Shown: positions 30,517 through 40,991 of the stretch, in pieces
Layout: every line of letters starts with the position of its first letter
How positions within the stretch are numbered: position 1 is the first letter of the stretch
Origin: Rhodanobacteraceae bacterium
Lineage (GTDB): Bacteria > Pseudomonadota > Gammaproteobacteria > Xanthomonadales > Ahniellaceae
DNA: 64,000 nucleotides
Direction of reading: 5' to 3'
Assembly: GCA_016708465.1 (NCBI GenBank)
Contig: JADJFT010000001.1
Span: 249,680 to 313,679 of the forward strand
Translations under genes and position numbers: made by a program
Notes under the pieces: model-generated
The model's database searches: none
What the model saw: only the letters and a program-made list of their open reading frames with translations
Told to the model about the DNA's origin: nothing

Positions 30517-32067
30517 TTACCGGCTTCCCGCCGCCGCAGATGCAGCGGCCGTCTGTGATTTTGTCCACACGACTTGCACCGCCGCCACTGTCGAACGTGG
30601 AATTTCCAGTTCCATGCCGGGGCGATTGCGCAGCGAAACACGGATGCCGGCACGATTGAAGACCTTGAGTTCACCTTCACGGGTGGAGTTCATCGTGGTG
30701 CGGATGATCACGCGTTCGCCGATCATGTAAGCGAGGTCATCGAAGCTCACGTCTTCAATCACCGGTTTGTCCGCTGTTGGTACCTGACCATCGACGCCGA
30801 TCAACGTCGATTCGGCACTGACTATCATCGTCGGCACCGCTGGGCTCGGCGTTGCCATCGCGGCCACGACTGCTGCCGATTGCACTTCGGCCGGTAATGT
30901 CGCCGAGGTCTGCGCAACGATCTGGCGTATCTGCGACGCTGATTCGATGTCTTCCGTTTCCGGATACGGAACGGCGTTGACCACTCGCAACGTGAACGGT
31001 GCAGCGGTGTCGTCATTCACGCGCAGATTGGCGTTCAACATCCACAGCATGTCAGTGGCCGAAAAACGATAGAGTTTATCCAGCGATACCGGATCCAAAG
31101 GTTTGGCCGACCAAGTCAGTGTGTTGCCGGCGCTGGATACGAAACGTCGGTATTGCTCGACCATGGCAGTGTTCGCGAACAGACCCCAATTCAGCAGTCG
31201 GCGTTGCAAGTAGTCGATGTGCTGGTCGATGAACTGCACCTCGGTCAAATGGTCGCGCTGTGCGCAATAGGCGTTGCGTGCAGCAACGAATCCATCGTCT
31301 TTCACCGTCCATTGTTGGTCACGTAGCTTCGCCTGCTCCCAATCGATCAGCACCAGATTGCCGTCATGCGGCGCCTGCCAGTTCGCTTCGTAGCGCCAAC
31401 TGGAACGACCTGGGGCATCGAGTGCGACGCGCATCGCGATGCTTTCGGTACCGGTCGCACTGATATCCAGTTCGAAGTTCACGCCTGGGCTGCGCAGTTC
31501 CATTGCGTCGACCAGTTCACCTTCGGTCCAATACAGGTCTTGGCCGCAGCCCTCACCTTCGAATACCGAACCGCTGGCGAGGCCGTGAACGTCGTCCTGC
31601 CACATCTGTTGCTGCGCGTAGTCCGAAAAAACAACATTTTCGAGGCGCGCATGGATGCGCGGCATTGCCGGGATGTCTTCAAGCGGCGAGCCGTCGTTTG
31701 CTTTTTCGGCGGCTTTGGTGGCCCAGCGCAGAGCGCGGTTCTTGATCAGACTGCTCGGACTACCGAAGGAGAACGCCGACTGCAACACCCAACCCCAGCC
31801 CGGCGTGTCGATCACGAAGCGTTCGGCGGTGATGGCGTCGGTATCCGGATCGCCATCCCAAGGCCAGATCCGCACATTTGTTGCGCCGATATCGCCGTTC
31901 CAATCGACATACGTCCTATCGAAACTCGCCCAGCCGATCAAATTCAGCGACTGCATGGCATCGGACGCGACGCCGCGCACGCGGACGTAGCCGAAGCCGG
32001 CGAGGCCAACAACGATAATCAGAGTCTTCGCCCACCAGGGCCAGCTTTGCAGAGACTTCAACAGCAT
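30517..32067 (-). CDS. Hypothetical membrane-anchored or secreted protein; no family recognised.
   Basis: 516 aa. N-terminal TM segment (AKTLIIVVGLAGFGYV), Trp-rich central region, Ala/Pro-rich linker, and a small beta-rich C-terminal segment (ERVIIRTTMNSTREGELKVFNRAGIRVSL). Normal coding composition. Confidence 0.7.
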   Translation of the reverse strand: MLLKSLQSWPWWAKTLIIVVGLAGFGYVRVRGVASDAMQSLNLIGWASFDRTYVDWNGDIGATNVRIWPWDGDPDTDAITAERFVIDTPGWGWVLQSAFSFGSPSSLIKNRALRWATKAAEKANDGSPLEDIPAMPRIHARLENVVFSDYAQQQMWQDDVHGLASGSVFEGEGCGQDLYWTEGELVDAMELRSPGVNFELDISATGTESIAMRVALDAPGRSSWRYEANWQAPHDGNLVLIDWEQAKLRDQQWTVKDDGFVAARNAYCAQRDHLTEVQFIDQHIDYLQRRLLNWGLFANTAMVEQYRRFVSSAGNTLTWSAKPLDPVSLDKLYRFSATDMLWMLNANLRVNDDTAAPFTLRVVNAVPYPETEDIESASQIRQIVAQTSATLPAEVQSAAVVAAMATPSPAVPTMIVSAESTLIGVDGQVPTADKPVIEDVSFDDLAYMIGERVIIRTTMNSTREGELKVFNRAGIRVSLRNRPGMELEIPRSTVAAVQVVWTKSQTAAASAAAGSR

Positions 32068-32138
32068 TACTCCTGAGACGCTCGTTGTTGACGGCGTGAC
32101 AGAATGTTAATGGATATCGGTGTACCAGGACCAGCGAG

Positions 32139-33212
32139 TCAGCTCACACCGGCCTCGCGGTAGGCGCTACGCAACTGTTCCTGGAAGTGGAATAGGGCAT
32201 TTTCGCGTTTGGGATTGAGGCGGCCAGGTTGATAGCGGCCGCAGGTCAGCGCACGCTGCACGCGTTCGCAGATGTCGGCGTCCTCGGCTTGGACGTCGTC
32301 ACTGAATCGCTGGTCTTGCGCACGCAACTTGATTGCTTCTGCGGTGGCATCGGGTGGGTAGTAGAAATCGAAGTCCACCCGACATCGGTCAACCGCAATC
32401 GGAATAATCCGATTGGTCTGCAATCGATCCGGCAGAATGTTCAGCATCAAGTTTGGCCAAAGGTAAAAGTACAGCGCGATGCCATCGCCGTAGAAATTGC
32501 CGGCGGATTCCATCGGGCTGTACTGCAATGAATGCCAGCGGTCGGTTTCGGTGACGTAGTTGCGGTAGTCGAGCAGCTTGTTCAATTCCGGGTGCACGTG
32601 TGGGACGTGGTAACCCTCGAGGTAGTTGTCGGCATAAACCTTCCAGTTGCAGGGCACCGGATAGGACACTTTACGTTCGAACTCATAGTGCGAAAAATCG
32701 CGATTACCGAGATGCTTTTCAGTGCCGGCGAACAATTCCGCGAGTGGCATCTGCGGATCCAGCGCCGCGAAGACCAGCCCGCGCCAGGTATCAACAGCGA
32801 TCGGCGCGAGATGAATCGAGTGGATGTCGAAGTCGCTGGTGTCTTGCATTTCGGTAGCCGCCTTGAGCGCACCGTCGAGGCCATAGGTCCAGCCGTGGTA
32901 ACGACAGCGCAGCGCCTTTGCAGCGCGACCGTCGCAGGTGGCGATCGGGCCGGCGCGATGCTTGCAGACGTTGATGAATCCGCGTAGCCGGTCATCGTTG
33001 CCGCGCACGATCAGTATTGGAACATCGGCGATGTCGGCGACGACATGGTCGCCGGCACCGGATAGTTGCGAGATACCGGCGATCAACTGCCAGTTGCGCG
33101 CGAAGATGTGTTCGCGTTCCACTGTGATCAGCGATGTGTCGCTATAAAAGCGCGCGGCGAGCGCCGTGCTCGCCGCGAGCTGTTGTGCAGCCAGATCGAC
33201 GCTACCGGTCAT
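32139..33212 (-). CDS. Rieske [2Fe-2S] non-heme-iron oxygenase, alpha-subunit type.
   Basis: 357 aa. Rieske motif CKHRAGP...CRYHGWTY and mononuclear iron motif NYLEGYHVPHVH. Confidence 0.85.
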   Translation of the reverse strand: MTGSVDLAAQQLAASTALAARFYSDTSLITVEREHIFARNWQLIAGISQLSGAGDHVVADIADVPILIVRGNDDRLRGFINVCKHRAGPIATCDGRAAKALRCRYHGWTYGLDGALKAATEMQDTSDFDIHSIHLAPIAVDTWRGLVFAALDPQMPLAELFAGTEKHLGNRDFSHYEFERKVSYPVPCNWKVYADNYLEGYHVPHVHPELNKLLDYRNYVTETDRWHSLQYSPMESAGNFYGDGIALYFYLWPNLMLNILPDRLQTNRIIPIAVDRCRVDFDFYYPPDATAEAIKLRAQDQRFSDDVQAEDADICERVQRALTCGRYQPGRLNPKRENALFHFQEQLRSAYREAGVS

Positions 33213-33679
33213 CCGATGGGTCGACGTGCCATCGCTTCGAGGCGAGAATCGAGGATGTCCGGTGTGAAGCCAAGGCCCGCGGTAATTTGCTGAAGGAATT
33301 CTTTTTCGCGCGGACGCACACGGCCGTCTGATCCGGCCAAATCCAGCAACGTCTCGTAGAGCTTGCCGACCTCGGGCGACCCGGCGGGATGTACCGACAG
33401 GAAACGTTCCAGTTCAACGGCGATATCAATTTGCCGCGCCTTGCCTCGATTCATCGAGTCCAGCGCGATCTTGCGCGCCGAGAGCGACAAATCCATGTCG
33501 TCCATCAGATTGTTCAAGAAGGCTGCTTCGTCGTCGGTGACGATGCTATCTGCACGCGCCAGATAACCCAGTAGACCGAATACCACCTGCAGCGACACCA
33601 TCTGGTCGTCATCGATCTTGCCGCTCGAGAAAATCTCGCGCATCGCCAATTTCAGATCCTTCAACAAGCCGCTTGCCAT
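33209..33679 (-). CDS. TerB-like (DjlA N-domain-like) protein.
   Basis: ATG 33679 is preceded by GGAGG. Two TerB-type repeats (LLGYLARADSIVTDDEAAFL and LLDLAGSDGRVRPREKEFL). The stop overlaps the Rieske start by 4 nt. The longer ORF 33209-33967 is rejected. Confidence 0.7.
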   Translation of the reverse strand: MASGLLKDLKLAMREIFSSGKIDDDQMVSLQVVFGLLGYLARADSIVTDDEAAFLNNLMDDMDLSLSARKIALDSMNRGKARQIDIAVELERFLSVHPAGSPEVGKLYETLLDLAGSDGRVRPREKEFLQQITAGLGFTPDILDSRLEAMARRPIG

Positions 33680-33998
33680 GGAAACCTCCACTTCTGTCGA
33701 GGGTCTGATGGTGCGCCGGATCGTCGGTTCTGAAAAGGGGGCGAGTGTCAGGAAGCGTTGCGCGGCGAGCATGAACCGCGGGTACAAGTTTTCGGCAGGG
33801 ATTCCACAAATCCCTAAATTCCTGTTAGGGTGACGCTGCTGTGTGTGTTCGGGTGTCTTGAAAAGCATCCGCCCAGCGGCCGCTTCGCCTTGTCTGATCC
33901 ATGATCTGCGTGACGAACCGCCCTCGGTTTTGGGCATTTCCAGCAAGTCGGTGATCCTTTTGATCACCTGGTCTAAATAATTGATTGGAGTTTTTGCA
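33680..33998 (+). promoter_or_regulatory. Promoter plus long 5' leader of the cold-shock gene, containing overlapping alternative hairpins.
   Basis: 319-nt non-coding spacer. Hairpin agggat/atccct (33797-33815) and hairpin ccctaa/ttaggg (33812-33830) share nt 33812-33815. Hairpin ggtgatc/gatcacc lies at 33950-33968, just upstream of the GGAG at 33987-33990. Confidence 0.3.
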
Positions 33999-34211
33999 AT
34001 GTCAGCAGATCGTCAGATTGGTACCGTCAAGTGGTTCAACGAAGCCAAGGGCTTCGGCTTTATCGCCCGCGATAGCGGCCCGGACGTGTTCGTTCACTTC
34101 CGCGCAATCCAGGGTACGGGTTTCAAGACCCTCCAGGAAGGCCAGAAGGTGAGCTTCAAGGTCGTGCAGGGCCAGAAGGGCCTGCAGGCCGATCAGGTCA
34201 CGCCGGTCTGA
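33999..34211 (+). CDS. cspA: Cold-shock protein, CspA family.
   Basis: [34 protein letters not shown] carries the RNP1 and RNP2 motifs. 70 aa. Confidence 0.95.
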   Translation: MSADRQIGTVKWFNEAKGFGFIARDSGPDVFVHFRAIQGTGFKTLQEGQKVSFKVVQGQKGLQADQVTPV

Positions 34212-34237
34212 TCCCAACCCCCACGGGTTGAATCAAG

Positions 34238-34266
34238 AAACACCGGGAGCGATCCCGGTGTTTTTT
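34238..34266 (+). terminator. Rho-independent terminator of cspA.
   Basis: caccggga (34241-34248), loop gcga, tcccggtg (34253-34260), followed by T6 (34261-34266). Confidence 0.75.
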
Positions 34267-34338
34267 CGTCCGATGTTTGGATAAAAACGACACGTATCGC
34301 GTCGAACTTGTCGGTCAGTTGTGCAGCATGCACATCGC

Positions 34339-36841
34339 TCAGGTTCCGTCGAACCACTGTGCCAACGCCGCCTCGATGCGCGCATCAAAGTTGGCACGAC
34401 TCGGGCTGCCGCTTCCTGCGAGGGCCAGCCACTCGCGCCACAGGCTGGCAGTTTCATCCTCGACCTTGAGCGCCGCACCACCGCCGAGCTTTTCCGCAAG
34501 CCGCGCCATTTGGTGCGCCCGACGCTGTTCACGCCAGATTTCCGGCGATGGCATTCCGGCCAGAAACTCGGCGCGGATTGGAAGTTCGGCGATGGCGTCG
34601 TGATCGGCAAGCGACTGCCGTAGACCGTCGCGCTGGCGTTCGTCGCAGCAGGCGGATCGCGCGGCGTCGAGTCGTGCCATCAGTTCCACACTGACTCCTT
34701 GCTCACGCAACGCCGAAAGCGCTGCTTGTGCGTCGGCAAAATCTGTTGCATCGACAATGCGTTGTTCGATCACCGACAGTTGTGCCGACTGTTCACGGGC
34801 ATGCCGCCGTTGCGCGCGCACCTGATCGGCACGCAGTGTGGCTCCGCGCCGTTCGATCTTCGCCATGGCACGATCGAAGGCGAGGTCGTCGTCGCGGCCG
34901 CGGTCGTCGATCGCTTGGAAACGTTGACGAAGGTCGCTGGCTTGGTGGCGCAATGTATCGGCTGAAAGTTCGGCATCGGCGAGCACTTCTAGTTCGGTCA
35001 GAACCTGCAGCACAGCCTGCTGCTGTGCATTGCGCTCGTCACGCACGCGCTGGCTGTCATCACGTTCGCGTTCGAAGACCGGGTCAATCAGTGCACGCAA
35101 TTCGTTCCACAGCGTGTCTTCGGTCTTGCGCTGTCCGCGCGGTAAGGATTTCCACTGCGGCATGATCGACTTGGCGATATTGATCTGCTCGCGGGCATCG
35201 GCATTTGCGAGTTGTCGGCGCAGTTGCGCGATCAATTTCTGTTTGGCCTCGGCGGCACCGCTGTTGAACGCCTCGATGCGCGCATGCACGGCGTCCGACA
35301 GTCGCTTGCGGCGGAGCCCGGCATCACGGCGGTCGCTGCCAACGAGGTCGGCGATCTGGGTACCGACGTCGTTGAACTTGCTGCGCCACTCCAGCAACTG
35401 CGGTAGTGGCAGATCGGTATCGGCCAATGCCACTTCGGCGCCATCGAGGAATTCGGCAACGACGCGACCTTTTTCGCTACGCAGTTCCTTGCGTTTGTCG
35501 AGGTAAGGGCGCGCAGGCGCGACCGATTGATGGATCAGCGCACGGAAGCGGCGCGTCAAACCATCATTGCCGTCGGCAGCGCCATCACTTGCTTGCAAAC
35601 GCTCCCATTCACCCTGCAATTCGCGCACGCGTGTGATCAGCGCGTCTGGATGCAAGCCGCTGCCGATCAGGGCTTCGGCGGTGTCACAGAGTCGCTTTTT
35701 CTGGTCGCGCGACGACCACTGCTGCCAATGATCTAGCTTGGCGTACTGAGCGTCGAGTTCGGCGTAACGCTTGGCGTCGTCCCATTGCGACTTTGGCCAC
35801 TCAGTCTCGATCTGCTGCACCGCTGCGCGTGCCGCCCGAGCGTCGGCGAACTGGCCGGCGTCCAGTGTTTCGGCGTAACGCTGGATCGCTGCGTGTGTGC
35901 GCTCGCGCCATTGCCGACGTTGCGCCTGCTCCGCTTCGTGCGCTGCCGCTGCCGCAGCTTTTGCAGCTTCAATGGTGGGATCGGGCGCGACGACTGCAGG
36001 TACCGCAGCGGCGACTTCAGCGACGCTCACTTCGGTTACCGGAGCCGATTGCGGTTGCGGTTTTGGCGGTGGATTCAATATGTGTTTGCAAGGTGCCGAC
36101 CAGCCCGTGATAACGCCGCGCAATCGCAGCCTCGGTGGCGATCGACAGGCGCGACCAGTCCGATTCGATCTGCGCCAACCGCTCGGCCGCATCCGAACCA
36201 CGCGCGCGCAATAACGCGTCCAGCAGCGCACAGAGTTCGACGGCACGGACTTCGATCGCAGCGCTATCACCGGCTGCGAGCAGCGCAGCCTGCAAACGTT
36301 CGCGCGCCAGTCGTGACAATTGCTTATCGGTCTTGCGCGCACGCTCAACGATACGTTCCAGTTGCGCCGCGTCATCAATGCGCTCGAGCAGGACCAAGCG
36401 CAACTTTGGGTCCGGGTCTTTGACGCAGCGATCGACCAGGAAGGGCACTCGGTGGATACGTTCCATCGCGCAAGCACGCAGATCGGTTTCTACAGCTTCA
36501 GATGCAATCAATTCCAGCAGCGTGTTGTTCTCCATCACGCGCACGATGCGAATGCGTGCATCCAGCGGCATCTTGGCATCGAGCAGGAGATGACGCAGTC
36601 GCGCGCCAGCGGCGTCGCGTACTTCAGGCGACAGATCAAGACGAGCGCGATCTCCGAGCAGGGCGAGGTCGTCGATACGCTTGATGGCAGCGAGGCGAAC
36701 CTTGGCATCGGCATCATGGCGTGCAATGTCAGGCAGTCGCTCGACCATCGCGCTATCGGCCAAAGTTGCGACCGCACGCGCACGCTTGTCGGCATCGGCA
36801 CTTTCCCAAGCCGGGCGGGAGAACATCGAAAACAGTTTCAT
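34339..36841 (-). pseudogene. Large DUF349-repeat protein with HEAT-like N-terminal repeats; +1 frameshift.
   Basis: The N-terminal part starts at ATG 36841 (MKLFSMFSRPAWES...DAKVRLAAIKRIDD...DPKLRLVLLERIDD). The C-terminal part contains repeated W..S....K..L motifs typical of DUF349. The frame switches near 36071-36082, between ...GTLQTHI and PPPKPQPQSAPV. Confidence 0.8.
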
Positions 36842-36988
36842 CAGGGCATCCTTGGCGGGTCTGCGGTCACGCGGTGCAGACGCATTCGTACGTACCCCAA
36901 GCCTAGCGTCGCCGGCGTCAGTGGGCCAGCGCATCATGCTTGAACGTGCTGCCGCTATGCTGCGCGCCCCGAAACCGCCCCGACTGCA

Positions 36989-37786
36989 ATGGACTCTACC
37001 CCCAGATTTGCCGGTATCGACCGACTTTATGGCCGTGGTTCCGCCGCGCGCTTGCAGAAAGCGCACGTGGCCATCATCGGCGTCGGCGGGGTCGGGTCAT
37101 GGGTCGCTGAAGCGCTGGCGCGTAGCGGCATCGGCGCATTGACCTTGTTCGACGCCGACGAGATCTGCTTGTCGAATACCAACCGACAATTGCATGCGCT
37201 GGAAGGGCAATTTGGCAAACTCAAAGTCGAGGCATTGCGCGAACGGCTGCATCTGATCTCGCCGATTCTGGAGATTCAGGCCGTACCGGTCTTTGTGACA
37301 TCGTCGATGCTGGCGGAGCAACTCGGTCGCGGCTACGACTTGGTACTGGACTGCTGCGATGCGTTCCGAGTCAAGGTTGAAATGATCGCATTCTGTCGAC
37401 GCCGCAAGATTCCGTTGATCGTGTCTGGTTCGGCCGGCGGGCGCATCGATCCGACCAAGATCAGCGTGCGCGACCTATCGAAAACTGAACACGACGCCAT
37501 GCTGGCACTGATCCGAAAGAAGCTGCGCGACGAGTTCAATTTTCCGCGCGGGCCGAAACGCTACTTTGGCGTACAAGCGGTGTATTCGCTGGAAAACGTG
37601 CGTTATCCGCAAGCGGATGGAACAGTCTGCGGTTTGCGGCCGGAAGCCGGCGATGTCGGCAAACTCGACTGTGGTGGCGGTATTGGCGCGGCCATGCACG
37701 TGACCGCCGGCTTCGCGATGGCGATGGTCGGCCGTGCGCTGGATCGACTGCTCGTAGAAAAACCTCAGGCTGTGACACCGGCCTGA
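36989..37786 (+). CDS. tcdA: tRNA threonylcarbamoyladenosine dehydratase (ThiF/MoeB-like E1 fold).
   Basis: FAGIDRLYG...HVAIIGVGGVGSWVAEALARSGIG.LTLFDADEICLSNTNRQ. Confidence 0.85.
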   Translation: MDSTPRFAGIDRLYGRGSAARLQKAHVAIIGVGGVGSWVAEALARSGIGALTLFDADEICLSNTNRQLHALEGQFGKLKVEALRERLHLISPILEIQAVPVFVTSSMLAEQLGRGYDLVLDCCDAFRVKVEMIAFCRRRKIPLIVSGSAGGRIDPTKISVRDLSKTEHDAMLALIRKKLRDEFNFPRGPKRYFGVQAVYSLENVRYPQADGTVCGLRPEAGDVGKLDCGGGIGAAMHVTAGFAMAMVGRALDRLLVEKPQAVTPA

Positions 37787-38547
37787 TCGAGTCGGAATAG
37801 CCGAATCGCGTTTGCGCTGGTCGCCGCTGCGATCGTGGCAACATCGACCCCACGCAAGCCTGCGATCACCTCGGCCACTTCGATGATCGACGCCGGTTCA
37901 TTACGCGCGCCACGCGCACTCGCATTTGGCTGGTCCGGCGCATCAGATTCGAGCAGCAGGTGTTCGATCGGCATGGTCGCGATGAGACCGCGTAGACGTT
38001 GCGCACGTTCGTAGGTCACCGGCCCACCGATGCCGAGATGGAATCCGAGTTGGAACAGTTGTCGTGCCTGCACACTGCTGCCGCTAAAGCTGTGCACGAC
38101 GCCACGTAACCCGCCGATACGGCGCAGACGCAAGATCACTTCATCGACGGCACGGCGTGCATGCAGAATCAGCGGCAACTCGAATTCGCGTGCGAGCTTC
38201 AGTTGTGCATCGAATAACCGGCGCTGACGGTCCGGATCAAGACCAGCGACAAAAAAATCGAGGCCGCATTCGCCGATCGCGATCGCACCTTCGCGCAAAA
38301 TCGTATCGCGCACGACATCGATATCGTTATCGCCATGCTGATCGAGGTAGATCGGGTGCAGGCCGTAGGCAGCGAATAGATCATGCCGACCGCGACACAA
38401 CTCGGCCAATGCGTTGAATGTCGAAGCGGTCACTGCCGGGATCACCTGTACAACCACGCCGGCACGTGCTGCACGTTCGATCACCGCATCGCGGTCAGCA
38501 TCGAACTCGCCAGCATCGAGATGACAGTGGCTATCGATCAGGCGCAT
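37765..38547 (-). CDS. TatD-family metal-dependent hydrolase.
   Basis: MRLIDSHCHLD... plus the later H/E/D metal-ligand pattern (ESDAPD). Confidence 0.85.
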   Translation of the reverse strand: MRLIDSHCHLDAGEFDADRDAVIERAARAGVVVQVIPAVTASTFNALAELCRGRHDLFAAYGLHPIYLDQHGDNDIDVVRDTILREGAIAIGECGLDFFVAGLDPDRQRRLFDAQLKLAREFELPLILHARRAVDEVILRLRRIGGLRGVVHSFSGSSVQARQLFQLGFHLGIGGPVTYERAQRLRGLIATMPIEHLLLESDAPDQPNASARGARNEPASIIEVAEVIAGLRGVDVATIAAATSANAIRLFRLDQAGVTA

Positions 38548-38764
38548 GCGGCAGCGGCGGTGGCGCGCTTGTGATTGGCTCGCGTCGACGCTTCCAAGCC
38601 GAGAACAGCAGGGTCATCGCACCGAGCAAAATCTCGTCGACGAACGGAATCAAATCCGGGATCAGCAGATCGGTGACGAAGATTGTCGCGGTAATCAGAA
38701 ACAAGTTATGGAATCGGAGTTGCGCAAGGAAGGTGAGGACAAAAGGGGGCATCAGGAACTCCAC
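38531..38764 (-). CDS. Small membrane protein, possibly DUF6116-like.
   Basis: LFLITATIFVTDLLIPDLIPFVDEILLGAMTLLFSAW. The start is either ATG 38764 or ATG 38752. It overlaps the tatD-like start. Confidence 0.5.
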   Translation of the reverse strand: MEFLMPPFVLTFLAQLRFHNLFLITATIFVTDLLIPDLIPFVDEILLGAMTLLFSAWKRRREPITSAPPPLPHAPDR

Positions 38765-38802
38765 GACTAGGCGGATGGCTCGGAATATCGCATGCTCGGG
38801 TT

Positions 38803-39468
38803 ATGCGCAGGCTGAAGATGTTCACGATTTTTCTGGGGTTGGCGTTGGTCATCGACGCCGCCGCGCAGACGCATGTCTATCGCTGCCAAGATGCAAATGG
38901 GCATTGGGTGTTCCAAGGCCGTAAGTGCGGCGATGGCTTGACCTCGGTCGATACGCCCGCGACAGAGCCATTACGCAGCTCGCCGTCGCTGCGCGATACC
39001 TCAATACCGACACGATGCGAGAGCCCACCGCAGCGGTTCACGTTTGCCGATCCAGCGCTTGACGGCGCGGAGCTCAGTCTCGTAATGAGTCGCGACGCCA
39101 GCGGTTATCAAGTCGTGTTCAATCTCGGTGGGGTGATCGAACGCGATGACGGTCCAGTACCGATTCAATTCAGCGAGCGTCTCAGTGCCCAGGGCTTGCG
39201 CTTCGACGAAGGCGAACTGATTGCCCCTGATTTCCGCCGTGGCGACAAGCAACTTGGCTATGGTTATGCGCGCTCGGCAATACTGCTGGAGCGTGCAACA
39301 AGCGCGCTGACGATCGATACAGAGCTCGAACCACGGGGATATTCGCAATCGCTGTTGTCTGCGCCGATCGCCGCGAGTGTATTGCCAGCGTTGCGATCAG
39401 ACCTATTGCGCTGCCACTTGTTGCGTGAGCGTGTGCGCATGGCAATGGCGGCGGAGCCCGAACAATAG
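38803..39468 (+). CDS. Secreted DUF4124-like protein.
   Basis: Signal peptide MFTIFLGLALVIDAAAQ, then VYRCQDANGHWVFQGRKC, typical of the DUF4124 N-terminus. Confidence 0.6.
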   Translation: MRRLKMFTIFLGLALVIDAAAQTHVYRCQDANGHWVFQGRKCGDGLTSVDTPATEPLRSSPSLRDTSIPTRCESPPQRFTFADPALDGAELSLVMSRDASGYQVVFNLGGVIERDDGPVPIQFSERLSAQGLRFDEGELIAPDFRRGDKQLGYGYARSAILLERATSALTIDTELEPRGYSQSLLSAPIAASVLPALRSDLLRCHLLRERVRMAMAAEPEQ

Positions 39469-39573
39469 CTTGCTCGTTCGATCCTTCGGTCTCCGCACGC
39501 TGATGTCCGAGAGGACATCGTTTCCGCGATCGACTATGTTCGGCGTCGGCATCCCGACCGCGGTGAATGGTGT

Positions 39574-40955
39574 ATGCAGGACAACGGATCGACGAACCAG
39601 ACATCTGCGGCTGCTGCTGTCGCACCCGGGCGCTTGCTAACGGTTTTAGGTGCTGCGTTCGGTGTCGCGGTGCTGGTCGGCAACACGATTGGGCTGGGCA
39701 TCCTGCGCACACCGGGCGAAGTTGCGGCGCAGGTCCCTTCCGTCACCGGGTTCATGCTGGTCTGGATCGCAGGTGCGGTCTACGCATTGCTTGGTGCGCT
39801 GACAATCTCCGAACTCGCAGCGATGCGCCCGCGCTCCGGTGGGTTGTATCCGTTCGTACATCACGCCTTGGGTCCATATCCCGGCTTCGTTTCAGGCTGG
39901 ACCGATTGGATAGCAACCTGCGGTAGTGCCGCAGCAGGTGCGATCGTCATTGCGGAATATCTTGGGCCGCTGATTCCAGCGCTGGCCAACCATCAGTGGG
40001 TGGTTGCGATGAGCGTGATCGTTGCGTTCACGTTACTGCAGTCGGGTGGCGTACGTGTCGGCGACGCCGCGCAGCAGTTCACCAGCCTGTTGAAGGGACT
40101 TGCGCTGATTGCACTCGCCATCGTCGCACTGGTGATGTCACGTGGCATCGAATTACCAGCGAAGGCGACAGTCGCTGCAATCACACAGTATCCATCGGCT
40201 GCTGCGATTGCTGTCGCAGGCATCGTGGTTGCGCTGCAGTCGGCAATTTTTACCTACGACGGTTGGACCGGACCGGTCTATTTTGGTGAAGAAGTGCGCG
40301 ATCCCGGACGGAATCTGCCGCGCTCGATGATTGGCGGCCTGTTGATCGTACTGGCGATCTACTTGCTGCTGAACGCTGCGTTTCTGAGCGTCGTGCCGAT
40401 CACTGAGATGGCTGGGGATAAGTTCGTTGCGGCAACCGTCGCAACCCGGCTATTCGGACCCAGCGGCGACACCGGACTGCGCGTGCTGATGATCGTGTCG
40501 CTGCTCGCTGCCGTGAATGCGTGCATGATGATGGCATCACGTGTGCCCTACGCGATGAGCCGTGACCAACTCTTGCCGGCTTCATTCTGCACGGTCAGCA
40601 AGGGTGGCACGCCACTCCCGGCGTTGCTTGTGAGCAGTTTGTTCATGCTGGTGTTCATCGCGTCGAACTCGTTCAATACCGTGTTGGCGCTGCTTTCTTT
40701 CTGCTTCGTCGCTAACTACGCGCTGACGTTCTTCAGTCTGTTTGTGCTGCGCTGGCGGGAGCCTGATACAGCGCGTCCATTCCGCGTTCCGGGTTATCCT
40801 GGATACCTGGTCTAGCACTGCTTGGCCCGCTCACATTTCTCGCTGCAGCAATTTATAGCGACACCCGCAATAGTTTGACGGCACTGGCGCTGGTGGCGAT
40901 CAGTTGGCCGTTCTACGCATGGTCGCGCCGCCGACGCTCTGACATTACAGACTGA
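39574..40955 (+). pseudogene. APC-superfamily amino-acid permease with a 1-nt deletion near the 3' end.
   Basis: GNTIGLGILRTPGEVA and multiple TM helices. The main ORF stops at 40815, but the -1 frame continues as WIPGLALLGPLTFLAAAIYSD...WPFYAWSRRRRSDITD to TGA 40953-40955. A base is missing at 40799-40800 (ccT gg). Confidence 0.85.
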
Positions 40956-40991
40956 CGCCTGTAGTTGCGCCGACGGCAGCCACGTTGGCGA

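Noticed and set aside
33680-33967. N-terminal extension of ORF 33209-33967, which would give a 252-aa protein.
   Set aside because: The extension has no TerB-like sequence and covers the cspA promoter/leader. ATG 33679 has a strong GGAGG RBS.
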